From: a bacterium
Lineage (GTDB): Bacteria; Sysuimicrobiota; Sysuimicrobiia; Sysuimicrobiales; Kaftiobacteriaceae
Assembly (NCBI GenBank): GCA_044868695.1
Contig: JBIOWP010000107.1
Span: forward strand, 4,966 to 68,965
DNA: 64,000 nucleotides
Direction of reading: 5' to 3'
Shown: one piece after another, positions 27,350 through 36,633 of the stretch
Layout: each line of letters opens with the position of its first letter
Position numbering within the stretch: the stretch's first letter is position 1
The notes under the pieces: model-generated
Database searches by the model: none
The model's input: only the letters and a program-made list of their open reading frames with translations
What the model was told of the DNA's origin: nothing
Made by a program: the position numbers and the translations under genes

Positions 27350-28648
27350 ATGAGCACGGAGAGGTTCGACGCGATCGTCGTCGGGGCAGGGCCGGCCGGC
27401 AGCGCCGCGGCGTACACGATGGCCAAGGCTGGGCTCAGCGTGGTGCTGATCGAGCGCGGCGAATATCCCGGCGCGAAAAACGTGATGGGCGGCGTGATGT
27501 ACGGCCGCATGCTCGCCGACCTGATCCCCACCTTTGCGTCTGAAGCTCCGGTCGAACGGGTCGTAGTCGAAGAGCGGCTCTGGATCACCACCGATACCTC
27601 CGCGGTTTCCATCGGGCACAAGACTGCCTCCACCGGCGGTCTCCCGAACGCGTTCACCGTCCTCCGCGCGAAGTTCGATCGATGGTTTGCGTCCAAGGCC
27701 GAGGAAGCCGGCGCGTTCCTGGTGCCCGCCACCGTTGTCGACGACGTCCTTGTGGAGGACGGCAAGATCACAGGGGTGCGCACCGGCCGGGAAGACGGCG
27801 ACCTGCACGCCGACGTCGTGGTGCTGTGCGACGGGGTGCACTCCTTCCTGGCAAAGAAGGCCGGCCTACTGACCCGCGAGATCGCACCGCACGAGGTGGC
27901 GCTGGCGGTGAAGGAAATCATCGCCCTCCCTCCCGAGGTCATCCAGGAGCGGTTCAACGTAGGCGAAGGGGAGGGCGTCACCATCGAGCTGTACGGGGCC
28001 GTGACGCGGGGGATGGGCGGCTATGGGTTCATCTACACCAACCGGGATAGCCTCTCGGTCGGCATCGGGGCGCTGATGGCCCACTTCATGCGCACGAAGA
28101 TCACGCCCCATGCACTGCTGGAGGGCCTCAAGCAGCATCCGCTCGTGCGCCCGCTGCTGGCGGGCGGGCAGGTCGTTGAGTACCTGGCCCACGCCATCCC
28201 CGAAGGCGGCTACAAGGCGATGCCGAGGCTGTACGGCGACGGCGTGCTGATCGCCGGCGACGCGGCGATGATGGTCAACGGGCTGCACCGGGAGGGCAGC
28301 AACCTGGCCATGACCGCCGGCCGCCTGGCGGCAGAAACGGTCATCGACGCGAGGGCGCGCGGCGATTTCTCCGCCGCCTCGCTGGCATCCTACCGCCGCC
28401 GCCTGGAAGAGAGTTTCGTCCTCAAAGACCTCAGGAAGTACCAGCACCTGCCCGAGTTTGTGGACGCGCATCCCGAGCTCTTGCAGATCTACCCGGACCT
28501 CGTCACCCACGCGGTCCACGAGATGCTGACGGTGGACGGGACGCCGAAGCGGGACAAGCAGCGTAAGATCTGGAAGGATATCAGAGCGCGGCGCTCGGTG
28601 TGGCGGCTCGTGCGGGACGCGTATCAGGCGTGGAAAGCGATCAGGTGA
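27350..28648 (+). CDS. fixC: FixC-like ETF:quinone oxidoreductase flavoprotein
   Basis: VGAGPAG, ERGEYPGAKNVMGG, AHAIPEGG, AGDAA, EGSNLAM, ESFVLKDL. Confidence 0.9.
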   Translation: MSTERFDAIVVGAGPAGSAAAYTMAKAGLSVVLIERGEYPGAKNVMGGVMYGRMLADLIPTFASEAPVERVVVEERLWITTDTSAVSIGHKTASTGGLPNAFTVLRAKFDRWFASKAEEAGAFLVPATVVDDVLVEDGKITGVRTGREDGDLHADVVVLCDGVHSFLAKKAGLLTREIAPHEVALAVKEIIALPPEVIQERFNVGEGEGVTIELYGAVTRGMGGYGFIYTNRDSLSVGIGALMAHFMRTKITPHALLEGLKQHPLVRPLLAGGQVVEYLAHAIPEGGYKAMPRLYGDGVLIAGDAAMMVNGLHREGSNLAMTAGRLAAETVIDARARGDFSAASLASYRRRLEESFVLKDLRKYQHLPEFVDAHPELLQIYPDLVTHAVHEMLTVDGTPKRDKQRKIWKDIRARRSVWRLVRDAYQAWKAIR

Positions 28649-28652
28649 GCCG

Positions 28653-28961
28653 ATGCCCTCTGGACCGGTCCCCGCTTTGAAGCTCGAGGAGAAGCTCTTT
28701 CTCCTCACCTACAAGCACGACAAGCAGAGCCACATTACCATCCGCGACAACACCGTGTGCGCCGCGACCTGCGGCCCGCAGTGGAACCGGCCGTGCACGA
28801 CGTTCTGTCCCGCGAGCGTGTACAACTGGGATGGAGAGAAGATCACGGCCTCCTACGAGAACTGCGTTGAGTGCACATCCTGCCTCACCGGCTGCCCGTA
28901 CCGCAACATCGATTGGCGCCTCCCCCGCGGCGGCTACGGGGTCCAGTATCGAAACGGGTAG
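28653..28961 (+). CDS. fixX: FixX-like ferredoxin
   Basis: SHI, CPASVY, ENCVECTSC, WRLPRGGYGVQYRNG. Confidence 0.9.
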   Translation: MPSGPVPALKLEEKLFLLTYKHDKQSHITIRDNTVCAATCGPQWNRPCTTFCPASVYNWDGEKITASYENCVECTSCLTGCPYRNIDWRLPRGGYGVQYRNG

Positions 28962-28978
28962 CCGGTAACGGGAAACCG

Positions 28979-29707
28979 TCACACGTTGTCATTGCGGCGG
29001 AGAAGAAACCATGCCCCGAGGAAGAGGAGGAGCGTCGCGGGAATCTGCCCCATGGTGACCACCCAGAAGATGCGGTCCTCGCTGCGGAGCAGATCGAGGG
29101 CGATCCGGCCAGCGGACGTCAGCACGACCACCGTCCAGAACAGCTCTCCGGGGAACCGCCGCCGGCGCACGAGCGGGACGGTGACGGCGAGGATGCAGGC
29201 GGCGAAGATCATCTCGTAGATCTGGAGCGGGTGCCGCGGGCCGGGCACGCCGGGAAACGTGACCGCCCACGGCAGCGACGTCACGTCGCCATACAGTTCC
29301 CCGTTCATGAAGTTGCCAAAACGCACGAGGATGTTGCCCAGCGGCACGCTCCACACTGTCGCATCGGCCAGGCTCCACAGCGGCAACCCGCGGCGCTGCG
29401 ACGCCCACCACATCGCCGCGAATCCCCCGAGAATCGCTCCGTGCGAGGTCAGCCCGCCGTGGTCGATGCGCAGCGCCTCGACCAGTGAGCTGAACTGCGC
29501 GGGATGGGACAGGACGTAGCCGAGTCGCGCCCCGACGAACGCCATGATCACAAACGGGAGCGCCAGCCGGTCGATCTCCTCTGGCGGCACACCCACCTTT
29601 GGGGCGACCCGCATCGCGGCGACCGCCCCGCTGATGATCGTGGCGGCCATCATCACCCCGTACCACCGGATGGTCAGCGGGCCCAGTTCAAACAAGACGG
29701 GATCCAT
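28979..29707 (-). CDS. lgt: Prolipoprotein diacylglyceryl transferase
   Basis: IRWYG, GARLGYV, GGLTSHG, RFGNFMNGELYG, HPLQIYE; -10 TATACT 10 nt upstream of the ATG. Confidence 0.95.
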   Translation of the reverse strand: MDPVLFELGPLTIRWYGVMMAATIISGAVAAMRVAPKVGVPPEEIDRLALPFVIMAFVGARLGYVLSHPAQFSSLVEALRIDHGGLTSHGAILGGFAAMWWASQRRGLPLWSLADATVWSVPLGNILVRFGNFMNGELYGDVTSLPWAVTFPGVPGPRHPLQIYEMIFAACILAVTVPLVRRRRFPGELFWTVVVLTSAGRIALDLLRSEDRIFWVVTMGQIPATLLLFLGAWFLLRRNDNV

Positions 29708-29733
29708 GGCGGCCCGTAGTATACCATCTTCGA

Positions 29734-29790
29734 AAAGAAGGAGGGGACTGTCCCCTCCTGTCAATAGCTCACATGGGTCATCTTCGGGTG
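29734..29790. repeat. Dispersed ~57-bp element with GGAGGGGAC-T-GTCCCCTCC palindrome (copy 1)
   Basis: AAAGAAGGAGGGGACTGTCCCCTCCT..CAATAGC.CA.AT.GGTCAT...GGGTG shared with 43386-43442. Confidence 0.8.
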
Positions 29791-29837
29791 GCTCAAGCGA
29801 GTCGAACGGGCTGTGGGGCACGCGTTCTGTTGCGCAC

Positions 29838-30356
29838 ATGAAAATTGCTATTGGGTCCACCACCAGTGGGTCAAAGATCCGCGCCACCGAAACGGTGTGC
29901 GCGCGGGCGTACCCTGACGCCGTCGTCGTCGCGGTGCCGGTGACCTCGACCGTGCCCGCTCAGCCCACAAGCGACGAAGAAACCATCCGCGGTGCTCTCC
30001 ACCGGGCGCAGGAGGCGCGACGACTGGCCGATGCCGACCTCGGGATTGGTATCGAGGGCGGCGTGCATCGCGATCAGTGGGGGGTCTGGATGTGCGCCTG
30101 GGTGGCCGCAGTGGATCGGAACGGGCGCGAGGGCCTCAGCTGCGGCGTGCGCTTCCGGCTGCCGGACTGGATGGCGTCCCGGGCCCTGGCCGGAGAAGAG
30201 TTGGGCGCCATGGTCGACACGATGCTTGGGCACGGGGGCGCGCACGAGGAGCTGGGTGCGATCGGCCTGCTGACCCGGGGCCTCGTGGACCGGCAGGCGG
30301 CTCTCGAGCAGGCCGTCGCGGCGGCTTTGATCCCCTTTCTCCCGGGCGAGACGTGA
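29838..30356 (+). CDS. yjjX: Inosine/xanthosine triphosphatase (YjjX/DUF84 family)
   Basis: KIAIGST, VPAQP, ETIRGA..RA, GIEGG, GEELG, GAIGLLT.G.VDR. Confidence 0.88.
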   Translation: MKIAIGSTTSGSKIRATETVCARAYPDAVVVAVPVTSTVPAQPTSDEETIRGALHRAQEARRLADADLGIGIEGGVHRDQWGVWMCAWVAAVDRNGREGLSCGVRFRLPDWMASRALAGEELGAMVDTMLGHGGAHEELGAIGLLTRGLVDRQAALEQAVAAALIPFLPGET

Positions 30357-31531
30357 CCGAGCGCCTCTATCGCGACGATAGCTACCGCACGGAGTTCGAG
30401 GCCGGGACCGTAGAAGTGCGCCCCCGCGGTGACTCGTTCGGCATCATCTTGGACCGCACGGCCTTCTATCCCACCTCCGGCGGGCAGCCGCACGACACAG
30501 GAACCCTCAACGGCGTCCGGGTGGTCGACGTGATTGAAGACGACGAGGATCAAATCCTCCACATCGTCGATCAGCGAGTCGAGGGCAAGGTGACCGGGAC
30601 CATCGATTGGCCCAGGCGGTTTGATCACATGCAGCAGCACACCGGCCAGCACATCCTCTCCCAGGCGTTCCTTGCGGATCACGCGGGGCAAACGCGCGCC
30701 GTGCACCTCGGCGCCGATGTCTCGACCCTCGATCTGGACCTCATCGAGCTGAGCGCGGACGCTGCGGGACGCGCGGAGGATCTGGCCAACCGCGTGGTCC
30801 TCGAAGACCGGCCGGTGATCATCCGGGAGGTGGATGAGTCCGACCTCACCGGGCTGGGCCTGCGCCGTCCCGCCAAGAAGCGCGGCCGCATCCGCGTCGT
30901 CGAGGTGGAGGGATTCGACCGTTCGGCCTGCGGAGGGACGCACGTGCGGCGCACAGGGGAGATCGGCCTGATTACGATCCGCCGCTGGGAGCGGTTCAAA
31001 GGCGGGGTGCGCGTCGAGTTCCTCTGCGGCTGGCGCGCCCTGCGGGACTACCGTTGGAAGAACGCCCTCGTGCGCGATCTGGCGGGCTGGTTCTCGGTGA
31101 AAGACCAGGAGGTTCTCGAGGCGGTCGAGCGGCAGGGGGCGCAGCTGCGCGATCGGGACCGGCAGATCACGGAGCTGCGCGACCGCGTGATCGAGTTCGA
31201 GGCGCACCGGAGGCTGACGGAGGCGCGGGGCGGCACGCCGCATGTTGTGGCGGAAGTGGTCGCAGGGTGGACGTCCGAGATGGTCTCGGCGCTCGCCGGC
31301 CGGCTCGTTGCCACCTCATCCACCGTGGCCGTGCTGGGGACTGATGACGGCCGGCTGGTCATCGCCCGGTCGGCCGATCTCGATCTCGACGCCGCGAAGG
31401 TGCTTCGCCGCGTCGTCGAACGGCTGGGCGGCCGCGGCGGAGGGCGCCCGGCCTACGCGCAGGGCGCGGTGCCCCCCGGACAGGTCGCCGCCGCCGTCGA
31501 CGCGGCGCGTGCCGAGGTCGGGGATGCCTGA
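30353..31531 (+). CDS. Alanyl-tRNA editing protein (AlaX-type) with C-terminal DHHA1 domain
   Basis: TAFYPTSGGQPHDTG, HMQQHTGQHILS (HxxxH), ACGGTH (CxxxH), GGRGGG. Confidence 0.9.
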   Translation: MTERLYRDDSYRTEFEAGTVEVRPRGDSFGIILDRTAFYPTSGGQPHDTGTLNGVRVVDVIEDDEDQILHIVDQRVEGKVTGTIDWPRRFDHMQQHTGQHILSQAFLADHAGQTRAVHLGADVSTLDLDLIELSADAAGRAEDLANRVVLEDRPVIIREVDESDLTGLGLRRPAKKRGRIRVVEVEGFDRSACGGTHVRRTGEIGLITIRRWERFKGGVRVEFLCGWRALRDYRWKNALVRDLAGWFSVKDQEVLEAVERQGAQLRDRDRQITELRDRVIEFEAHRRLTEARGGTPHVVAEVVAGWTSEMVSALAGRLVATSSTVAVLGTDDGRLVIARSADLDLDAAKVLRRVVERLGGRGGGRPAYAQGAVPPGQVAAAVDAARAEVGDA

Positions 31532-32405
31532 ATTGCCGTTCATTCAAGTGCTGGTCGAAAACCTCGCCCGCGAGGTCGAAGGGCGCACGATCGTCTCGCT
31601 GCGCGTCAGCAGCCCCGCCATCGTCAAAACATTCGATCCCCCACTCACCGCGGTCGCCGGCCGCCGCATCGAGCGGATCCGGCGGACGGGCAAATTGATC
31701 GTCTGTGACCTCTCAGGAGACCTGCTCTTGACCATCCACCTGATGAGGGACGGCCGGCTGCAGCTGGGATCGCCGCGGCCCCGCGCTCCCGGCGGCCGCA
31801 GGGGGCCGGCGCCCAAGCCGATGGCACTCGGGCTGACGCTGGACGACGGACGCGAACTGCGTCTCAATGAGGCCGGCCCGAAGAAGCGCGCAGGCGTCTA
31901 CGTGCTGCGGGCCCAGCACGCGGCATCCGCCGAGCCGCTGGCCGGCCTCGGGCCTGATCCGCTTGGAGAGGAGTTCACCATCGAGGTTCTGGCGAAGGCC
32001 CTGGTGGGCCAGAGCCTCCAGGTGAAGCGCGCGATCACCCAGCAGCGCATCGTGGCCGGCATCGGCAACGCGTTCGGAGACGAAATCCTCTGGGAGGCCA
32101 GGCTGTCTCCGTTTGCCGCGGCGGGACGCCTCTCGCGGGGCGAGGTCGAGCGGCTGCACGGCGCAATCCGCAGCGTCTTCGCCGGGGCGCTGGAGCAGCA
32201 CCGGCGTCATTTCGGGACTGGCCTGCCCACGCGCGAACCGGTCGACCTGCTCCGGGTGCACCGGCACGGGGGCGAGCCGTGCCCCCGCTGCGGGACCCGG
32301 ATCGAGACAGTCTACTATGCGGAAAAGGAAACCTACTACTGCCCGGCCTGCCAGACTGGGGGAAAGGTCTATGCGGACCGCAGACTTTCCCGGCTGCTGA
32401 AGTGA
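31524..32405 (+). CDS. Fpg/Nei family DNA glycosylase/AP lyase
   Basis: N-terminal PELP, RTGK, HL, GIGNAFGDEIL H2TH motif, C4 zinc finger CPRC...YYCPACQ. Confidence 0.92.
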   Translation: MPELPFIQVLVENLAREVEGRTIVSLRVSSPAIVKTFDPPLTAVAGRRIERIRRTGKLIVCDLSGDLLLTIHLMRDGRLQLGSPRPRAPGGRRGPAPKPMALGLTLDDGRELRLNEAGPKKRAGVYVLRAQHAASAEPLAGLGPDPLGEEFTIEVLAKALVGQSLQVKRAITQQRIVAGIGNAFGDEILWEARLSPFAAAGRLSRGEVERLHGAIRSVFAGALEQHRRHFGTGLPTREPVDLLRVHRHGGEPCPRCGTRIETVYYAEKETYYCPACQTGGKVYADRRLSRLLK

Positions 32406-32415
32406 GAACGTACGC

Positions 32416-33198
32416 ATGATCACGCTGCTCAGCGATTTCGGAAGTGCGAGTCCATACCCCGCGCAGATGAAGGCGGTGCTGGCCTCCTCCTGCAACGCCG
32501 TCATCATTGACATCACGCATGACGTCCCGCGCCACGACGTCCGCGCCGGTGCGTACCTGCTGTCTGCTGTCGTCCGCACGGCGCCGGCGGGAACGGTGCA
32601 CCTCGCGGTCGTCGACCCCGGCGTGGGCACGGCGCGGAAGCCGCTCATCATTTCCTCAGGCGGCCAGTGGTTCGTGGGGCCGGACAACGGGCTCCTGTTA
32701 CCGGCGGCAAAGCGCCTGGGCGCTCCACGGGTCTACGAGATAACCGCGGATGCTCCGGATGCGGTGTCCCCCACATTTCACGGCCGCGATCTCTTCGCGC
32801 CGGCGGCGGCGGCTCTGGCGCGCGGGGCCCCCGCGGACGCGCTCGGCCGCCCGCTCGCGCAGTTCGTTCATCTGGATCTGGGGACCGGGCGCCGAGAGGG
32901 CGGTGCGCTGGTCGGCGAAGTGATTTATGTGGATGCGTTCGGCAACCTCATCACGAACATCCCGGCGGGGGCGCTGGATGCCGGCGGCGGGACGCTCACG
33001 CTGGTTGCGGGCCGCCGCCGTGTCAGAGCGGCCGTGGCCCGGACGTATGGCGATGTCGCTCCCGGCCGTTTCGCCGTCGTGGCGGGCAGCGACGGCCTGC
33101 TGGAGGTGGCGGTGCGGAACGGCAGCGCGGCGGACCATCTTGCTGCCGGAAGCGGCGTGACGCTTCGAATTATCCCGAGCATTCCGCGCAGACGGTAG
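32416..33198 (+). CDS. SAM hydroxide adenosyltransferase (DUF62 family)
   Basis: TLLSDFG, VVDPGVGTAR, GPDNG, TFHGRD, DAFGNLITN; Asp/Arg/His triad residues present. Confidence 0.88.
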   Translation: MITLLSDFGSASPYPAQMKAVLASSCNAVIIDITHDVPRHDVRAGAYLLSAVVRTAPAGTVHLAVVDPGVGTARKPLIISSGGQWFVGPDNGLLLPAAKRLGAPRVYEITADAPDAVSPTFHGRDLFAPAAAALARGAPADALGRPLAQFVHLDLGTGRREGGALVGEVIYVDAFGNLITNIPAGALDAGGGTLTLVAGRRRVRAAVARTYGDVAPGRFAVVAGSDGLLEVAVRNGSAADHLAAGSGVTLRIIPSIPRRR

Positions 33199-33223
33199 GA
33201 ACATCTCCGACCCCGAACACGTT
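33198..33223 (+). promoter_or_regulatory. Putative ECF sigma promoter upstream of ccdA (GGAAC-N17-CGTT)
   Basis: GGAAC at 33198-33202, CGTT at 33220-33223. Confidence 0.45.
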
Positions 33224-33283
33224 ATCGCTAGTGTAAACTGTCTGACGGCGGGAATAGAGCAGGAGGAAGGACGAGGAGTCGCG

Positions 33284-34012
33284 ATGCCTGAGGTCAATGT
33301 CCCGCTCGCATTCGCCGCCGGTTTGTTGGGCTTTCTCTCTCCCTGCATCGTCCCGCTGATTCCCGGCTACCTCTCCTTCGTGTCCGGGGTGTCGCTGTCT
33401 GGGATGGCCGGCACCACGCGAGGCGAGCACCGCGCACGGGTGCTGAGCTCGACGCTCAGCTTCGTGCTCGGATTCGCGGCGATTTTTGCGGCGCTGGGAG
33501 CGTCGGCGAGCTACCTAGGGAGTTTCATCCTTGTGAACCGGATCTGGCTGGGGCGGGCGGGCGGGATCATCGTCGTCCTGCTCGGGCTGTCTGTGCTGGG
33601 GATCCTCAAGATTCCCTGGCTCTCACGCGAACGGCGGCTGCACCTTCCCCAGGGACGCGGCGGCGTGCTGGGGGCGTTCCCGGTCGGGATGGCGTTCGCC
33701 TTCGCATGGACGCCCTGCATCGGCCCGGTGCTGGCGGCAATCCTGACGCTGGCGGCGACGACGCAGCGGACGCTGGACGGAGCCGTGCTGCTGCTCGCCT
33801 ACGCGCTGGGTCTGGGAATCCCGTTTCTCATCACGGCAGTGCTGATGACCGGCGCCGTCGACGCCCTGGGCTGGGTCCGCGCACACGGCCGTGCGATCGA
33901 AGTCAGCAGCGGCGTGTTCCTGGTCGCCATGGGGGCCGCTTTGGCATTGGACTTGATCTTTCGTTTCAATACCTGGATCCTCCGGCTGTTTCCGTTCCGG
34001 CCGGTGATCTGA
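33284..34012 (+). CDS. ccdA: Cytochrome c biogenesis / thiol-disulfide transporter CcdA
   Basis: FLSPCIVPLIPGYL and FAWTPCIGPVL (two PC motifs), YALGLGIPF. Confidence 0.93.
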   Translation: MPEVNVPLAFAAGLLGFLSPCIVPLIPGYLSFVSGVSLSGMAGTTRGEHRARVLSSTLSFVLGFAAIFAALGASASYLGSFILVNRIWLGRAGGIIVVLLGLSVLGILKIPWLSRERRLHLPQGRGGVLGAFPVGMAFAFAWTPCIGPVLAAILTLAATTQRTLDGAVLLLAYALGLGIPFLITAVLMTGAVDALGWVRAHGRAIEVSSGVFLVAMGAALALDLIFRFNTWILRLFPFRPVI

Positions 34013-34027
34013 CCACTGGAGCGTGAC

Positions 34028-35350
34028 ATGCGAGCCATTCTGACGGCGATTCTGCTTCTCGCGCTGGCGGTTGCACCCGCGGCGAGCCCGGCCCAGTCGA
34101 CCGACTCCTCGCTGGTGCTTGAGGCTCTGCAGGCCCTGGAGTCGCATTACGTCGATGCGGTCGACACCATCAAGACGCTGAACGCCGCGATCGTCGGGCT
34201 GCGCGCGGAGCTCTCCGCGGTGGGGATCCCGGCGGACCTGCCGGCGATTCCCTCCTACGCCACCGATACTGACGCGCGCCGCCAGTTCGGCGAACGGTTC
34301 ACCGCCGCCGTGGCGGCCGCCGCCGGCCAGCGAACCCGGACCCAGCTGGCCTACGCGGCGATCCGCGGCATGACGGATGCGTTCAGCGATTCGCACACCG
34401 GCTTTTTGACGCCCGACCAGAACCTCGAGCGCCGGCAGCGCCAGCGCGGCCAGGCCGGATTTACCGGTGTCGGCGTCGTGCTGATGCCCAAGGACGACAA
34501 GTTCTTCGTGTGGACCCTCATCCCGGGAGGGCCGGCCGAAGCCGCCGGCGTGCACGAGTTTGACCGCATTCAGCGGATCAACGATATTTCCACCGGCGGA
34601 ATGAGCGTGGATCAGGTCTCCGGGATGATCAGAGGCCCGGCCGGAACGCCCGTGACGCTGACCCTGCAGCGCGCGGGGGTCGCGGAGCCGCTGGTCGTCA
34701 CCATTGTGCGCGCCCCCATCCTGGTGCCGTCCATTTTCAAGACCGAGCTCCTCGACGGCGGGGTCGGCTACATCCGCCTGTATCAGTTCGTAGAGCGCAC
34801 CGGCCGCGACATGCGCGCGGCCCTGACCGGGCTGCAGGCCCAGGGCATGCGGGCGCTGGTCCTCGACCTGCGCGGCAACAGCGGGGGCTACCTCCATGAA
34901 CTTAACACGGTGCTCAACACGCTGCTCCCGTTTGGGGTGCCGGTGTACACGGAGATGCGGCAGGGCGGGTCGGTGCGGGTCGTGCGCACGGTGCAGACCC
35001 CCCTGGTGTCGCCTACCCTTCCGGTGGTCGTGCTGGTTGACGAAGGCAGCGCGTCGGCCGCTGAGCTGCTGGCCGCGGCGATCAAGGAGAACCACCGCGG
35101 CTCGCTGGTCGGCGTAAAGACGTCCGGCGCCGTCGAGGCGAGCGTGATGATCGATCTGTCCGACGGATCGTCGTTGAGCATCACCACCTTCCGCCTGGCC
35201 ACCGGACGCGGCGTGCGGCTAGAAGGGGCGGGGGTGGAACCCGATGTGGCGGCCGCGCTCACGACGGCCGACCTCGAGGGCGGCACGGACCGCCAGCTGC
35301 TGGCGGCGGTCCGACTGGCGCGGCAGGTGATCGCAGAACCGGCGCAGTGA
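34028..35350 (+). CDS. S41 family C-terminal processing peptidase with PDZ domain, secreted
   Basis: Signal peptide, D.HTGF, GVG PDZ entry, LDLRGNSGG, SASAAE, GVEPD. Confidence 0.88.
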   Translation: MRAILTAILLLALAVAPAASPAQSTDSSLVLEALQALESHYVDAVDTIKTLNAAIVGLRAELSAVGIPADLPAIPSYATDTDARRQFGERFTAAVAAAAGQRTRTQLAYAAIRGMTDAFSDSHTGFLTPDQNLERRQRQRGQAGFTGVGVVLMPKDDKFFVWTLIPGGPAEAAGVHEFDRIQRINDISTGGMSVDQVSGMIRGPAGTPVTLTLQRAGVAEPLVVTIVRAPILVPSIFKTELLDGGVGYIRLYQFVERTGRDMRAALTGLQAQGMRALVLDLRGNSGGYLHELNTVLNTLLPFGVPVYTEMRQGGSVRVVRTVQTPLVSPTLPVVVLVDEGSASAAELLAAAIKENHRGSLVGVKTSGAVEASVMIDLSDGSSLSITTFRLATGRGVRLEGAGVEPDVAAALTTADLEGGTDRQLLAAVRLARQVIAEPAQ

Positions 35351-35431
35351 CGCAGGGAAACGGAAAATACGACCGCGAAGAAGGAAGAGGGTAAGGGGCA
35401 GGTCCTCCTATCCTCTTCCTTCGTTGTTCTT

Positions 35432-36607
35432 ATGGACACCGTGGCGTCCCAGATTGAACACCGGCGCGCGACCATCGTCGGCATGCTGGCGAGCCTCGTG
35501 CGTGCACCCAGCCCCAATCCGCCCGGCGACACCCGCCAGGTGGCGGAGTTGATCGCCGCGCGGCTGCGAGAGGCCGCGGTCGATTTCCAGGTCCTGGCCG
35601 ATGAGCCGCGCAAGCCCAATGTCATCGCGCGGATCGGGCGGGGGCGGCCCGAGCTGCTTTTCACGTCTCACATGGACACGGTGCCGCCGGGCGACCGCCG
35701 CGCCTGGCGCTACGACCCGCACGGGGCGGAGATCGTGGGGACGCGCATGTACGGCCGCGGGGCGGCGGACGCGAAGGCATCGCTGGTCGCTATGCTGGCG
35801 GCCGTGGAAGCAATGGTCGACGTGGTGCCGATGCGCGGGACGCTGGTGTTCACCGCCGTCAGCGACGAAGAAGTCGGCGGCGTGAAAGGAACCGAATTCC
35901 TAGTGGACCGGGGTCTGCTCCATCCCGACCAGGTCGTCGTCGGCGAGATCACCTGCAACCGGCTGGCCGTGGCTGAGAAAGGGCTGCTGTGGGTGCGGAT
36001 CGTCACCCACGGCCGGGCGGCGCACGCCAGCACCCCCTGGGAAGGCAGCAGCGCCATCGACCATATGCTGCGAGTGCTCCTGGCCATCGAGGAGCGCGTC
36101 GGCGCGCGGCTGCGCGCGCTGGACCACCCGCTGGTCCCGCCGCCGTCGCTGAGCATCGGGACGATCCGGGGCGGGGTGGCAACCAATATCGTCCCGGACT
36201 GGTGTGAGGCGACCATCGACCGGCGGACCCTGCCGAACGAGAACATCCAGGCGGCCCTGGCGGAGATCGAACACGTGGTGGCAGACCTGCGCGAGGGAGA
36301 GCCGGCGCTGCAGGCGGACGTTGAAATGATCCAGTCCGGCGCGCCCATTGAGACGCCCGCGGACGCGCCGATCGTCCGGGTCGCCCAGGACGTGGCGCGC
36401 GCGCTGAAGCTGCCGGCGGATCCCGTCGGGTATCAGCAGTCCAGCGATGGCCGGTTCTTCGCAGAGCGGGGCACGCCCACGATCATCTTCGGACCCGGGG
36501 ATCCCGGAATCGCGCACACCCCCAACGAGTCGATCGATCTCGACGACGTGATGACGGCGGCGAAGTTCTACACGCTGCTGGGACAGCAGCTGCTGACGAG
36601 TCCGTAA
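35432..36607 (+). CDS. M20 family metallopeptidase/deacylase (ArgE/DapE-like)
   Basis: SHMDTVP, GRGAADAK, DEEVGG, VVGE, GRAAHAS, FGPG..AH.PNE. Confidence 0.9.
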   Translation: MDTVASQIEHRRATIVGMLASLVRAPSPNPPGDTRQVAELIAARLREAAVDFQVLADEPRKPNVIARIGRGRPELLFTSHMDTVPPGDRRAWRYDPHGAEIVGTRMYGRGAADAKASLVAMLAAVEAMVDVVPMRGTLVFTAVSDEEVGGVKGTEFLVDRGLLHPDQVVVGEITCNRLAVAEKGLLWVRIVTHGRAAHASTPWEGSSAIDHMLRVLLAIEERVGARLRALDHPLVPPPSLSIGTIRGGVATNIVPDWCEATIDRRTLPNENIQAALAEIEHVVADLREGEPALQADVEMIQSGAPIETPADAPIVRVAQDVARALKLPADPVGYQQSSDGRFFAERGTPTIIFGPGDPGIAHTPNESIDLDDVMTAAKFYTLLGQQLLTSP

Positions 36608-36633
36608 CCGGTTCGTCCCGGAAAGGGCAGGCG

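Noticed and set aside
32416-33198. Fluorinase/chlorinase
   Set aside because: The Asp-Arg-His triad of DUF62 hydroxide adenosyltransferases is present and there is no secondary-metabolite cluster context.
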